A DNA stretch of 64,000 nucleotides from Candidatus Obscuribacteraceae bacterium (GCA_044226015.1 JBGAHS010000001.1:64001-128000); one strand, 5' to 3'. Numbered from the stretch's first letter, positions 1 to 10,680 are shown. Notes: generated by a model from the sequence alone, not told the origin. Program-made: numbers and translations.

Positions 1-1407
1 ACACTAAAGTATCCAAATCCCAGAGCGCGAGTTGCCTTTGCGATTGTGACAGCCCTGATGCCAGTCTGGGGAGCGATCATGCCCATAATGGGAGTAGCAC
101 TTTTTGTTTTGCTGCTTATCCTGGGAGCGCCTCCAAATCAGCTTGTCTTGGTTTTGGGAATCGCTTCATCGCTTTTATTGACCGCGTTATTCAGTGCCAT
201 TTTGTTTATAAGATTGGCTGACAAAAAACTCCTTCTCAGTCGTGATGGTTTGCGCCTTCCAGGCAGCAGTGTCATTTTCAAGAAGCGCGAATTCAACTGG
301 GCTGAAATTAGCAATGTTATTTTCTCGGGCAGTCTGTTAGAAGGAAAGCAGAATTTTGCAATCAATATCAATACCAAATCTGGTGATAATTTCAAAATTT
401 TTGCCAAAAGATTGAGTTACGAAGACCTCGAACAACTAGTGCTGGCGCTGGAGTTGTGGGCTGAGCCTGGAACTATGGACGATAAGATATCGTTTGTTAA
501 AGATGAGCTGCAGGTTCATCTGCATAAGCAAATTTCTTCGTCTGAACATTCCGGTCAAAGCTACACTGAAATCTGGGAAGAGGAGTTAGAACGTAGATTT
601 AATAGCACAGCATTTATGGTTCTGGAGCCAGATGCTTCCCTTCGTAGTGGAGAACTGGTCATTGTTCGCCAGCTTTCTTTTGGTGGTTTGTCGGCAATTT
701 ATTTATGTCAGCAAAACAAGAGAGAGCTGATGGTCTTAAAAGAGTCGGTGGTTCCGGCTGATGCTAATGATGAATTGCGACAGCAAGCCGAGCAGATGTT
801 TGAGCGGGAAGCTAAATTCCTGATGAAGCTCGCCCACCCTAATATCGTAAAAGTGAATGACTATTTTGTAGAAAGGGGACGCAACTACCTGCTTCTTGAG
901 CACATTAATGGTGCAGATTTACGTCAATTCGTCATTAAGAACGGTCCCCTGACCGAAAACCGTGTGTGGCAGATTGCTCGAACACTGACCGAGGTTCTAA
1001 AATACTTGCACGAACAAAACCCCTGCATAATTCATCGCGATTTAACCCCAGACAATATAGTTCTGGAGAATGGACGTGTAGTTAAGGTCATTGATTTTGG
1101 TGCCGCCAATGAATTCATCGGAACAGCAACAGGAACGCTTATTGGAAAGCAATCATACTTGCCCCTGGAGCAGTTGCGTGGCAAGGCTGTTCCGCAAAGC
1201 GATATTTACGCTCTGGGGTGCACACTTTTTTTCTTGCTGACAGGAGAAGATCCAGAGCCGTTAGCTGTGGTTCGGGTGCGCTCTGTTCGCCACGAACTTA
1301 GCGAAGCTCTGGATGAATTCATTGCAGCTTGCACCGATGCTGATTACAAAAAACGTCCAGCCAGCGCTGCTGATATTCTCGATAGACTAGCCGCGCAAGC
1401 CACCTGA
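1..1407 (+). CDS. Membrane-anchored Ser/Thr protein kinase (N-terminal TM helices, C-terminal Hanks kinase); probably 5'-partial
   Basis: HRDLTPDN, DFG and SDIYALG kinase motifs; two hydrophobic N-terminal helices; frame is open from position 1 to the GTG at 46. Confidence 0.88.
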   Translation, partial: TLKYPNPRARVAFAIVTALMPVWGAIMPIMGVALFVLLLILGAPPNQLVLVLGIASSLLLTALFSAILFIRLADKKLLLSRDGLRLPGSSVIFKKREFNWAEISNVIFSGSLLEGKQNFAININTKSGDNFKIFAKRLSYEDLEQLVLALELWAEPGTMDDKISFVKDELQVHLHKQISSSEHSGQSYTEIWEEELERRFNSTAFMVLEPDASLRSGELVIVRQLSFGGLSAIYLCQQNKRELMVLKESVVPADANDELRQQAEQMFEREAKFLMKLAHPNIVKVNDYFVERGRNYLLLEHINGADLRQFVIKNGPLTENRVWQIARTLTEVLKYLHEQNPCIIHRDLTPDNIVLENGRVVKVIDFGAANEFIGTATGTLIGKQSYLPLEQLRGKAVPQSDIYALGCTLFFLLTGEDPEPLAVVRVRSVRHELSEALDEFIAACTDADYKKRPASAADILDRLAAQAT

Positions 1408-2139
1408 AATTACCCAGCTTTCGCCGGTAATCCAGCTTGACTCTGGGGAGGATAAGAACACTACAGCAGGAGCGATATCGTCTGGGGTGCCAATGCGTCC
1501 CAACGGTGTTTGGGACTCAACATGGGTTCTAAAATCGCTTTCGTGAAAACCTGCTGTTCTAAATCCCTCAGTGTCAACCATTCCAGGATTTACGGTATTT
1601 ACTCGAATTTTTCGAGGTCCGAGTTCTTTTGCTAGCGATTTCGTGATGGTATCGACTGCGGCTTTTGTTCCGCTGTAAACAGACCCTGTTGCGGGTGCAT
1701 AAGTGCTAGCAACTGAACTTATGTTGATGATGCTTCCACCGTTTTCGCTAAAGTGTTTAACCGATTCCTGAATACTCAATACAAGTCCGAGCACATTCAA
1801 ATTAAACAAGCGATGAAAGTGCTCTTCGGTAATTTTATCAATTGGAAGAAACTCGTAAACGCCTGCATTGTTCACAACAATGTCCAGCCCACCAAATGCT
1901 TTCTTTGTCTCAGCGTAAAGCTTTTCAATATCTTCCCTTTTGCTCATATCAGCATGAACTGCTATGGCTTTGCCACCATTGGCGGTGATGTCCTTTACGA
2001 CTTTGTCGGCGCCTTCTTTGCTCGATGCATAGTTCACTACTACTGAAGCACCCTCTTTTGCAAGGTGTTTAGCGATGCCTGCTCCTATGCCTTTTGATGC
2101 ACCTGTGACTACAGCTACTTTATTGATCAACTTACCCAT
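1387..2139 (-). CDS. Short-chain dehydrogenase/reductase (FabG/glucose-1-dehydrogenase-like)
   Basis: TGASKGIG, NNAG and YSGTK catalytic motif. Confidence 0.93.
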   Translation of the reverse strand: MGKLINKVAVVTGASKGIGAGIAKHLAKEGASVVVNYASSKEGADKVVKDITANGGKAIAVHADMSKREDIEKLYAETKKAFGGLDIVVNNAGVYEFLPIDKITEEHFHRLFNLNVLGLVLSIQESVKHFSENGGSIINISSVASTYAPATGSVYSGTKAAVDTITKSLAKELGPRKIRVNTVNPGMVDTEGFRTAGFHESDFRTHVESQTPLGRIGTPDDIAPAVVFLSSPESSWITGESWVISGGLRG

Positions 2140-2354
2140 TTCTTTTTCCTTCTTTCTGCAATCTAAGACTGGGACAGAACCGTGCTGTCCTTACTAATGA
2201 TTCGTTCTAATTTTCCTGAGGCTTGAGCCTTTGCTTTGCCTCTTCTGATGAAATAATAGACCGGTCGGTCTAACTCGTCAACTCCCCCAAAATTATTTCT
2301 TTTGAGTATCGCCATTCGTCTGCAAATGGGGTAAATAGACCTTAGAGACAATGT

Positions 2355-4403
2355 GTGGCGGTTTTTTGCGTGCTTGATATTAGCGAAATTCGAGCTGAGT
2401 TTCTAAAAGAGAGCATTACGATTCTTGAGCCTTTAGCGCAAGGAGGCATGGCTGACGTCTTCAAAGCAAAACAAGACGTTATGGACAGATTGGTTGCGGT
2501 AAAGGTTTTGCGGCTTACTGAGGAGTCAGACCTGACAAGGTTTCAAAATGAAGCGCGAGTTTTAGGGACGCTAAATCACCCTTCAATTGTCAAAACGCTC
2601 TCCTTCGGAATATTGCCTCAGTCTCGGTGTCCATACATGGTTTTGGAATTCATCGATGGCATCACTCTGGCTAAAGAGATGGAAACTGGTCCTTTCTCTC
2701 TGAAGCGATTTAGAAGTGTATTCATTCCGCTATTATCAGCGCTCAGCTATGCTCATGAGAAAGGATTGGTCCATCGAGATGTGAAGCCTTCGAACGTCAT
2801 GGTTGGTTGTGAAGCCGATGGCAGCGAGTTCGTGAAATTGCTTGATTTCGGTATTGCACGGGTTATACAAGACGAAGGTTCAGAAGCGCAAAATCTCACG
2901 CGTACCGGAACATTGTTAGGTAGCCCCTCGTACATGAGTCCAGAGCAGTGCAAAGGTCAGCCGCTTAATAATAAATCTGACATCTACTCTTTGAGCTGTG
3001 TCATGTTTGAAGCGCTATACGGTCGACCTGTTTTTGAGGCGAACAGTGCTCTGGAGATAATGTCCTTGCATGTGAATGGCTCACCACCTACGATGGCAGA
3101 TCTGCGCCGTAACTTCGATAGCAGTGATCGGCTGTCCCAGCTTATTTTAGCAGGACTTGCAAAAGAGCCTGATTCGCGACCTACAGCAGCAGAATTCACG
3201 TCGAAGTTACAGCGCATTTTAGACTCTACAACTTTAAGCAGGGTACCACGGCTGCGTACCCCTGCAAGCAATAATTCAAAGCTGATGCTACTAATTCTTG
3301 GTCTGAGTCTTTTGTTCGCCGCTGTTACAGGCAAAGTCTATTTTGATCGTGCAAGGACAAATAGCGACCCTTCCGTGAACATGCAGGAGAAAGATTTAGG
3401 TCCGAGTACCTTATGGAGTCGTGGGAAAGCGCTAGAGCAACAGGGTCACTATCTTGAGGCTATGGAGCGGTATCAAGCTGCCTTGAATGCGCTTGGACAC
3501 AGGAAGCACCATGATGAGCTGAATTTTCTCCTGAATTCTCGCATGGCAGATTGCTGCAGTAACTTGTATGTCATTAACAATAAAGATGAGCAATGGTACG
3601 AGAAAGCGAATAATTATGCGTCCATCGCATGGAATTATTCTCTTGATCATTTTGCTGACTCAGAGCGCGAACGCGGTAACTTTATGGATGCTTGTCGAAT
3701 TCAGTGCGGTCTGCGTTCTATGAAGAAGGAGCTTGAGGGCACGATACCGAATATAGTGGCAGAAGCTGAGAAGAGGCTTAAGGGAAATACCTGGGAATTA
3801 CTTGAAGTAGAAGGGGCTGCTTACGTGAAGCTGCTTGATTGCGGCAGGCTTGACCTCGCTGAGTCTTTGATAGGACGTATGCAGAAACAATCTGTGGAAT
3901 TTGGCTCGGACTCGTATCCTTATGTGAAGGTACTGTCGCAAAAATTGGTGCTGCTGTCCAAGAAAGGAGAATTTGAAGAGGTTCGCAGTGGCGCTCTCGC
4001 TCTCGGAAGGCAATTGATTCTTGCTCCGGGAAAAACGTTTACTTCCGACCGCCGTCTGAACCTTTTAGCAAATGCAATTTTTATGGCATTATCTGATGCT
4101 AAAGAGCCATCCATAATCGAAGAGCTAATTCTGTACAACGATAAGGAAAATCCAAAAGATAAGATTTCGGACGCATATCAATATGCTGTCTGCTATTTGA
4201 GGCTGGGAAGTACCTATGTCGAAATGAAGAACTGGAAGAAGGCTATACCTCCGTTGCAAACCTGTTGGAGTAATTTGAAGATGGAGCAAACAGAGATACG
4301 CCCTACGCAGAAGTCTTGTCTGGATTTGCTTGTTTTGTCATATTCTTCTCTGGGACTCGCCCGCGAAGCTGAACAATACAGGAGAATGAGGGAAAAACTC
4401 TAG
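2355..4403 (+). CDS. Ser/Thr protein kinase with TM helix and C-terminal TPR-like region
   Basis: VAVK, HRDVKPSN, DFG and YMSPEQ motifs; hydrophobic LMLLILGLSLLFAAV segment; helical TPR-like tail. Confidence 0.9.
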   Translation: MAVFCVLDISEIRAEFLKESITILEPLAQGGMADVFKAKQDVMDRLVAVKVLRLTEESDLTRFQNEARVLGTLNHPSIVKTLSFGILPQSRCPYMVLEFIDGITLAKEMETGPFSLKRFRSVFIPLLSALSYAHEKGLVHRDVKPSNVMVGCEADGSEFVKLLDFGIARVIQDEGSEAQNLTRTGTLLGSPSYMSPEQCKGQPLNNKSDIYSLSCVMFEALYGRPVFEANSALEIMSLHVNGSPPTMADLRRNFDSSDRLSQLILAGLAKEPDSRPTAAEFTSKLQRILDSTTLSRVPRLRTPASNNSKLMLLILGLSLLFAAVTGKVYFDRARTNSDPSVNMQEKDLGPSTLWSRGKALEQQGHYLEAMERYQAALNALGHRKHHDELNFLLNSRMADCCSNLYVINNKDEQWYEKANNYASIAWNYSLDHFADSERERGNFMDACRIQCGLRSMKKELEGTIPNIVAEAEKRLKGNTWELLEVEGAAYVKLLDCGRLDLAESLIGRMQKQSVEFGSDSYPYVKVLSQKLVLLSKKGEFEEVRSGALALGRQLILAPGKTFTSDRRLNLLANAIFMALSDAKEPSIIEELILYNDKENPKDKISDAYQYAVCYLRLGSTYVEMKNWKKAIPPLQTCWSNLKMEQTEIRPTQKSCLDLLVLSYSSLGLAREAEQYRRMREKL

Positions 4404-4425
4404 TGGTATCAACTGCGGTATCGGC

Positions 4426-4977
4426 TTAAGGCTTGCTGGAAGGCGGCGGCGCCATTGGCTCCGAGATGCGAATTACTCGGCTAATTTGACGCAGCAAAAG
4501 TTGCGGGTCTTCCTGTGTTGGTGAGTCAATCATCAAAAGCCCGTTGTCGCGGTAATAAGGATTTACATAGCTTGGGTAAGTTTCTGCACTGGAAATATAC
4601 GCTATTTTGCCTGCCCGTTCGAGGGCTATAGCGAGAACCACTGACGCTTTCGTTCCGTATGGAGTCTCAAGATATAAAATAGCAGGTTCTAAGAGTTCTA
4701 CTCCAACATGTTCAAAAACCTCAGTCAAATAGACTGAATGCTCCGCAAGTAGCTCGGGATCATCGTTGTAGAACTTGAGTGCTTCTTGAACAACTTCGAT
4801 ATCACCGTCGATGAGAGCATAACCAAGGTTGACTATGCCGCCAAAATTCTGGTTAGGGCTCAGTTCATCCATGTTGCCCAGTTTAATGAACAATTCCAGT
4901 TGCGCTCGCATTACGTCGGAATCAAAAGCGAAGTCCGTTTGCGCGGAATAATTCATTTGTGATTTGCTGCCCAGCAT
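4426..4977 (-). CDS. Hypothetical protein
   Basis: 183-aa ORF with protein-like composition; no recognised motif. Confidence 0.6.
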   Translation of the reverse strand: MLGSKSQMNYSAQTDFAFDSDVMRAQLELFIKLGNMDELSPNQNFGGIVNLGYALIDGDIEVVQEALKFYNDDPELLAEHSVYLTEVFEHVGVELLEPAILYLETPYGTKASVVLAIALERAGKIAYISSAETYPSYVNPYYRDNGLLMIDSPTQEDPQLLLRQISRVIRISEPMAPPPSSKP

Positions 4978-5260
4978 CTCGATAGCCCCCAGATAATCGT
5001 ACCCAGACGAATGGAAATACGTCGGAATTCAGATCGATTCGGGATTCGGCAAGGAACATTCGTCAGTCGAGATGACAGCGCTGCTCCGCTAATTTCTAAT
5101 TGGTAAGTGCATAAACGGCTATTAGCCGAACCCGATCCTATTTATGCCCTTCAAATGTGCAACGAAAAGGCTAAAATGTCAAGTGGGCTGAAGTGCGTAT
5201 TTTGGGCGCTGGAATGCCAGTTTTGGCGGCAGAAGCATTGTATTTGTGGGCTTGTATCGC

Positions 5261-5360
5261 CTGGCGGCTTTGAGTCTGCGGCATCGAATCTGGGAGCGCC
5301 ATTCTGGCGGCTTCGAGTCTGGCGGCATCGAATCTGGGAGCGCCATTCTGGCGGCTTCGA
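5261..5360. repeat. Tandem direct repeat, ~44-bp unit x ~2.3
   Basis: CTGGCGGCTT(C/T)GAGTCTG(G)CGGCATCGAATCTGGGAGCGCCATT repeated, just downstream of the epimerase stop. Confidence 0.85.
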
Positions 5361-5413
5361 CTACTTAGTTTCCATTTCGTTGCCGAGGCGCTCCCATAGT
5401 TAGTTCGGCAGTT

Positions 5414-6442
5414 TTACTTGACGCTAACTGCCTTCTTCTCAGGGGTCCAGTATTGATCACGATACTTGCGGTAGTACTCGATGGTTTTAGCGAGCCCATC
5501 TTCTAGCGATGTCGTCGGCTTCCAGCCAACAAGGCGTTCCATCTTTTTCACATCGGAATAGAAGTCGCCCGGTTCTTGCGCTTTGCGTTCTGCTGAGAAT
5601 TCTGCGAATTCCCACTTGCCTTGGTTTGCCACTTTGATGATGGACTGCACAAGTTCAAGGAAGCTGACCGGAATATCCGAGCCTACGTTAAAGATCTCGC
5701 CGTAAGCAGCTTCGGTAACCGCCGACATCAAAATTGCATCTACACAATCATCTGAGTAGAGGAAGTCGCGCAAAATGCTACCGTCGCCGAAGACCTTGAT
5801 GGTGTCGTCATCGAGTGCAACACGAACGAACCAGTTAGCCACGCCAAATCTGGAGTGCTTCATCTGCGATCTCGGTCCATATATATTGCTCAGGCGCAGT
5901 AGGACTGATCTGATGCCGTGTACGTCGTTATAAACCTTGATGATTTTTTCAGCGCTCAGATTAGAAATTTCGTATATGCCTTTCGGGTTGGTTGGCGCTT
6001 CTTCATTCACTGGAAGTGAGACTGATGGTCCGTATTGTCCGCGTGTTCCGGTATATACAACGACTGCATTTTTGTTGTGTTTACGCAGTGCTTCCATGAG
6101 AATTGCGGTGCCAGTTATGTTGATTTCGATATCTGGAAACGGATTCGAGAGGCTCATGAGATGGCAAACTTGCCCAGCCAAATGGAAAACAAAATCCTGA
6201 TTTTTAACTAGATAAATAACTGCATTCTCATCACGAATGTCACAGTAGTTAATACGAACACGATCTTTTATTGGATGAACGTTGAATTCGTTGCCACCAT
6301 AATCAGGAATCATCGAGTCCATTATTGTGACGTTTGCACCAAGCTCAACGAGACGAATGGCCAAACTTGAACCAATGAATCCCATGCCGCCTGTGATTAG
6401 CACAGACTTTCCGGCGAAACTTTTTGCATCGATGGCAGACAT
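5414..6442 (-). CDS. NAD-dependent nucleotide-sugar epimerase/dehydratase
   Basis: TGGMGFIG, HLAG and NIYGP motifs; YxxxK reads YEISN; extended SDR. Confidence 0.9.
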   Translation of the reverse strand: MSAIDAKSFAGKSVLITGGMGFIGSSLAIRLVELGANVTIMDSMIPDYGGNEFNVHPIKDRVRINYCDIRDENAVIYLVKNQDFVFHLAGQVCHLMSLSNPFPDIEINITGTAILMEALRKHNKNAVVVYTGTRGQYGPSVSLPVNEEAPTNPKGIYEISNLSAEKIIKVYNDVHGIRSVLLRLSNIYGPRSQMKHSRFGVANWFVRVALDDDTIKVFGDGSILRDFLYSDDCVDAILMSAVTEAAYGEIFNVGSDIPVSFLELVQSIIKVANQGKWEFAEFSAERKAQEPGDFYSDVKKMERLVGWKPTTSLEDGLAKTIEYYRKYRDQYWTPEKKAVSVK

Positions 6443-6676
6443 TTGATTAGCTCCTGCTCAGATTAGAAAATCGAAAGACTGAAATTGCATCTTATCTTCG
6501 AGCGCACAAGCGCGACCTATGATCTTATCACGGAAAATCGGGCGCTTAAATGCCTGTAATGTGGCTGATATGTAGGTGATTTCAGGAGCACGTGAAGGCT
6601 ACTTAATTCAATGATTTGACGTTTCCACTACTATTACAACTGACCATATTGACGACCCCTAATAAGGAGTTTTGTA

Positions 6677-7855
6677 GTGGCTTTAAATGTTCCGTTTGGC
6701 GACATGAAAGTTCGTTATCAGGCTATTCGCTCTGACATCGATACAGCAGTTCAACGCGTTCTCGACAGTGGCTGGTACATTTTGGGACCAGAATTAGAAG
6801 CATTCGAGAAGCAATTTGCTGAATTCTTGGGCGTCAACTATGTCGTTGGTTGTGCATCAGGCACTGAAGCTATTTACCTCGCCCTGGCAGCTGCAGGGGT
6901 AGGACCCGGAGACGAAGTTATCGTTGTTGCGCACACAGCAGTCCCAACGATTTCCGCAATTTCAATGACAGGCGCAGAGCCTGTATTTGTCGACATCGAT
7001 CCGACAAGTTATGTCATGGACGTGACGAAGGTTGAAGCAAAAATTACAGCTAGCACCAAAGCAATTGTTCCTGTTCATTTGTATGGACAAATGGTCGACA
7101 TGGAACCTTTGCTGAAACTAGGTATGCAAAAGGGTATCCCTGTAATTGAAGATATCGCTCAGGCAACTGGTGCTGTGTACAAGCTTAAACAAGCTGGCAG
7201 CATGGGTGCTTTCGGTGCATTCAGTTTCTATCCAAGCAAAAATCTTGGAGCATTCGGCGATGGCGGTGCAGTTTGCACTAACTCCAAAGAAGGCTATGAA
7301 AAGCTACTGAAACTCCGCAATTATGGACAATCGAAGCGCTACTATCATGACGAAGTCGGTATCAATAGCCGTCTTGATGAAATGCAAGCCGCAATTCTTT
7401 CCGCGCAACTTCCTTACCTCGTTCAGTGGAACAAGCGTCGTCGCGAAATCGCGAAACTTTACACAGAAGGTCTGCATGACCTGGTTATCACCCCAGCAGA
7501 ATCAGCAAACACATCTCACGTCTACCACTTGTATGTAATTCAGACGAATGATCGTGACGGTTTGCAGAAGTATTTGGCTGAGAAGGGTATCGGAACCCTG
7601 ATTCACTATCCAGTTCCAGCACATCTTCAAAGAGCCTATTCATATCGTGGATACAAGACTGGCGATTTGCCTGCGACCGAGCAATTGGTTAAGCGCATTT
7701 TGAGCCTGCCGATGTACCCAGAACTAACCGACGAGCAGGTAGGCTACGTAATCAAGGAAGTTCGCAACTATCACTTGAAGAATCCGAGTGCACAACTCGT
7801 GTACAACTCGGTATTCCAAACAAACTTTGTTCCGACACCTTCTACATACATGTAG
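6677..7855 (+). CDS. DegT/DnrJ/EryC1/StrS family PLP-dependent sugar aminotransferase
   Basis: SGTEA, PVHLYGQ, SFYPSKNLGAFGDGG and NSRLDE motifs. Confidence 0.95.
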   Translation: MALNVPFGDMKVRYQAIRSDIDTAVQRVLDSGWYILGPELEAFEKQFAEFLGVNYVVGCASGTEAIYLALAAAGVGPGDEVIVVAHTAVPTISAISMTGAEPVFVDIDPTSYVMDVTKVEAKITASTKAIVPVHLYGQMVDMEPLLKLGMQKGIPVIEDIAQATGAVYKLKQAGSMGAFGAFSFYPSKNLGAFGDGGAVCTNSKEGYEKLLKLRNYGQSKRYYHDEVGINSRLDEMQAAILSAQLPYLVQWNKRRREIAKLYTEGLHDLVITPAESANTSHVYHLYVIQTNDRDGLQKYLAEKGIGTLIHYPVPAHLQRAYSYRGYKTGDLPATEQLVKRILSLPMYPELTDEQVGYVIKEVRNYHLKNPSAQLVYNSVFQTNFVPTPSTYM

Positions 7856-7901
7856 AAATGACCGTTTTTGGTAGTCCCCATTTACAAACGCAAGTGAAAC
7901 T

Positions 7902-8636
7902 ATGAATCGCACACAAGCAACACCAACAAGCGCTAGAAGCCGTTCGGGAATTCCGATTCAATCAATTTCGGTAATTATTCCGGCGTACAACGATGAGACG
8001 ACTATTGCCAAGCTAGTTCAGGACACTGACTGCTTGCTCAAGGAAATCTCTAACGAATACGAAATCGTTGTTATAAATGACGGCAGTAAGGATGGGACAC
8101 TTGCTGTGCTGAAAGATTTGACCAAGAAATTCACTAACTTGCGTTTGATCAATCATGAGGTCAATCAAGGATTCGGCAAGACGATCAAAGAGCTGTATTA
8201 TGCAGGTTCGAAGGAATTGGTTTTCTCTCTGCCGGGAGACTATCAGTTCGCACCGAAAGAACTGTTGACTATGGCTCGTGGGCTTGCTGATCACGATTTC
8301 GTAATTGGACATCGTGTGAAACGCAATGATCCACCTCGCCGTAAACTACAGAGCAATATCTATAATTTGATGTTGCGCATTTTCTACGGTTGCTCGTTCC
8401 AAGACGTAAACTCCATCAAGCTTTTCCGCAAGGAAGTGCTCAACCACTTCAAGCTTGAATCAGACACACCATTTATCGACGCTGAACTTTGTATTCGTAC
8501 CCACAAGGCCGGATTCAAGGTCGTCGAAATTCCAATCGAGCATCTGCCGCGCCTTTCACAAGGTGCCTCGGGCGGCAAATTCTCGGTTATCTGGGATACA
8601 TTCTCTGACCTGGTCAAAATGTCCTCCAGAGTGTAA
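7902..8636 (+). CDS. GT2 family glycosyltransferase (polyprenol-phosphate sugar transferase-like)
   Basis: SVIIPAYND, INDGSKD, NQGFG and EIPI motifs. Confidence 0.9.
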   Translation: MNRTQATPTSARSRSGIPIQSISVIIPAYNDETTIAKLVQDTDCLLKEISNEYEIVVINDGSKDGTLAVLKDLTKKFTNLRLINHEVNQGFGKTIKELYYAGSKELVFSLPGDYQFAPKELLTMARGLADHDFVIGHRVKRNDPPRRKLQSNIYNLMLRIFYGCSFQDVNSIKLFRKEVLNHFKLESDTPFIDAELCIRTHKAGFKVVEIPIEHLPRLSQGASGGKFSVIWDTFSDLVKMSSRV

Positions 8637-8678
8637 TTGTTCGAAAGAACCACTGGCAGAATTACTTCGTAGTAGTTA

Positions 8679-8718
8679 AATACAGACTCCGGTCATTGAC
8701 TGGAGTCTGTATTATTTT
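8679..8718 (+). terminator. Probable intrinsic terminator hairpin
   Basis: AATACAGACTCCGGTCA / TGACTGGAGTCTGTATT inverted repeat followed by ATTTT, between convergent genes. Confidence 0.7.
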
Positions 8719-8795
8719 GCAGGTACCTTATCTTGGGGTTAAGACAGGGTATTTGTAACGCTGTTGTCGGATGTGAGATTTCGTATTCGAGCTCC

Positions 8796-8894
8796 CGGAG
8801 CTGCGGTCTCGGAAGAGCGTACTCGGAGCTGCGGTCTTGGAGCTGCGGTCTCGGAGCTGCGGCCTTGGAGCTGCGGACTCGGAGCTGCGATCTC
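8796..8894. repeat. Tandem 14-bp repeat (~7 units, consensus CGGAGCTGCGGTCT)
   Basis: Directly visible; abuts the stop codon of the 8894..10624 gene. Confidence 0.85.
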
Positions 8895-10624
8895 TACGCT
8901 TTGCTGCTTAGCACCGTAGGCGGTGGCGCGACAAAACTCTGGCTGCTTTCTAGTGTGCAGTTGGCAGCACTCCACGTGAGGTAGCCACCAGCTAGATTTT
9001 TCACCGCAAAGCCATTCTGTCTGAGGAATCTGTATGCATAATACGAGCGTTGTCCGCTCTGGCAAGAGGTTACTATAGTTTTGTCTTTCGGAAGCTTATT
9101 CAGTGCTTGTCTCAGTTCGGGCAATGGAATATGTAGGCTTCCGGGTATGTGACCGCCGTCACGTTCTTTCTTGCTTCGAACGTCAATGACGCAATAGTCT
9201 TCCGCTGGCAACTTGCTGAGTTCATCCCACTGAACCTGTATGAGAGAACCATCTCTGATGTTGAGTCCGATCATGCCGAGCAGGTTGATTGGGTCTTTTG
9301 CAGAGCCGAATGGAGGAGCGTAGGCAAGCTCGAGTTCGGCAAGATCATCGATTGTCATATGTGCTTTCATGGCTGTGGCAAGAATGTCGATTCGTTTGTC
9401 TACGCCTTCTTTTCCAACTATCTGCGCTCCTAAAACTTCTCCTGTTTCTTTTTGGAACAGCACTTTCATGTCGAGCCGCTCTGCTCCGGGGAAGTAGCCA
9501 GCGTGATGGCTTGGGTGCAGATAGATTTTTTCGAAACCAATTCCAGATTGTTTCAATTGGATCTCGTTTAGTCCTACAAGTGCAATAGTCAGATCAAATA
9601 CTCGAATAATCGCAGTGCCCAGAGTACCCTTGTATTTTTCGAGCTTGCCGAAAATGTTGTCTGCTGCGATTCGCCCCTGTCTGTTTGCTGGACCACCCAA
9701 AGCAATGCGTGTTAGTGCTTTGCTAACAGGATGCACCACTTCAATGGCGTCTCCAACAGCCCATATGTTCGGGTTGCTCGTTTGCAAATACTCATTAACT
9801 CTAATGCCGCCGCGATCGCCAACCATGACGCCTGCTTTCTCTGCAAGTTTTATTTCAGGTCTTATTCCAAGTCCCAAAATGACAATGTCTGAGGCGATAG
9901 GCTCAGCATCGCCCGCTACTGTCCAACAGCACAGAGGGCTGTCATTTCCCGAAGGCGGCAAAAACTCTCTAATAGGGCTTGATAGGCGTAGCTTGATGCC
10001 GTGCTTCTGTAATTCTTGATGCACCAGACCAGCCATTTCTGCATCTATAGGAGCCAGAACCTGCGCACCGCTGTCAATGAGGCTAACGTCTAGCCCACGA
10101 TTCTTCAATTGCTCTGCCAGTTCTAGCCCTATAAAGCCACCACCGACGATGACGGCGTTTTTTGCTTTCTTTTGTTGAATCCATTTTTCGATGGCTTGAA
10201 CATCTTCGATGCTTCTTAAAGTGAAAATGCCGGGCAGGTCTATTCCAGGCATCTTTGGTTTGATTGGCGCGGCACCAACAGCGAGAATGAGGTCATCATA
10301 AGTCTCGTCGTAAGTGTTGTTTGTCTGTGTGTTTCTGATGCTTACTGTTTTCGTAGCTGTGTTGATTTCGATTACTTCACTATTAACTCGTACGTCGAGG
10401 TTGAACCGCTCTTTGAGCCCGTCCGGAGTTTGCAGGAGAAGGCTGTTTTCGTTCTTAATTTCGCCACCAATATAATAAGGAAGACCGCAGTTAGCATAAG
10501 AAACGTGTCCGCTGCGTTCAAATACGATAATCTCAGCCCTTTCCGAAAGGCGGCGCGCTCTAGCTGCTGCACTCATTCCGCCTGCCACTCCGCCAACAAT
10601 GATGATCTTCTTTTCTTCTTGCAT
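8894..10624 (-). CDS. CoA-disulfide/persulfide reductase with C-terminal rhodanese domain (CoADR-RHD/Npsr type)
   Basis: GGVAGG FAD motif, SYANCGLPY redox Cys, GGGFIG, YAPPF, and rhodanese DVR...GHIPG...CQSGQRS. Confidence 0.92.
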   Translation of the reverse strand: MQEEKKIIIVGGVAGGMSAAARARRLSERAEIIVFERSGHVSYANCGLPYYIGGEIKNENSLLLQTPDGLKERFNLDVRVNSEVIEINTATKTVSIRNTQTNNTYDETYDDLILAVGAAPIKPKMPGIDLPGIFTLRSIEDVQAIEKWIQQKKAKNAVIVGGGFIGLELAEQLKNRGLDVSLIDSGAQVLAPIDAEMAGLVHQELQKHGIKLRLSSPIREFLPPSGNDSPLCCWTVAGDAEPIASDIVILGLGIRPEIKLAEKAGVMVGDRGGIRVNEYLQTSNPNIWAVGDAIEVVHPVSKALTRIALGGPANRQGRIAADNIFGKLEKYKGTLGTAIIRVFDLTIALVGLNEIQLKQSGIGFEKIYLHPSHHAGYFPGAERLDMKVLFQKETGEVLGAQIVGKEGVDKRIDILATAMKAHMTIDDLAELELAYAPPFGSAKDPINLLGMIGLNIRDGSLIQVQWDELSKLPAEDYCVIDVRSKKERDGGHIPGSLHIPLPELRQALNKLPKDKTIVTSCQSGQRSYYAYRFLRQNGFAVKNLAGGYLTWSAANCTLESSQSFVAPPPTVLSSKA

Positions 10625-10646
10625 GACTACAATAACCTCAGTTCTC

Positions 10647-10680
10647 GTTATTTAACTATATCGCTAATTAGTTATATAAC
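10647..10680. promoter_or_regulatory. Putative operator: 12-bp inverted repeat with 10-bp spacer
   Basis: GTTATTTAACTA-N10-TAGTTATATAAC (1 mismatch), ~22 bp upstream of the CoADR-RHD start. Confidence 0.5.

Noticed and set aside
5107..5403. 98-aa ORF, and the short ORFs at 8733-9065
   Set aside because: They run through tandem repeats or overlap real genes and have no protein-like features
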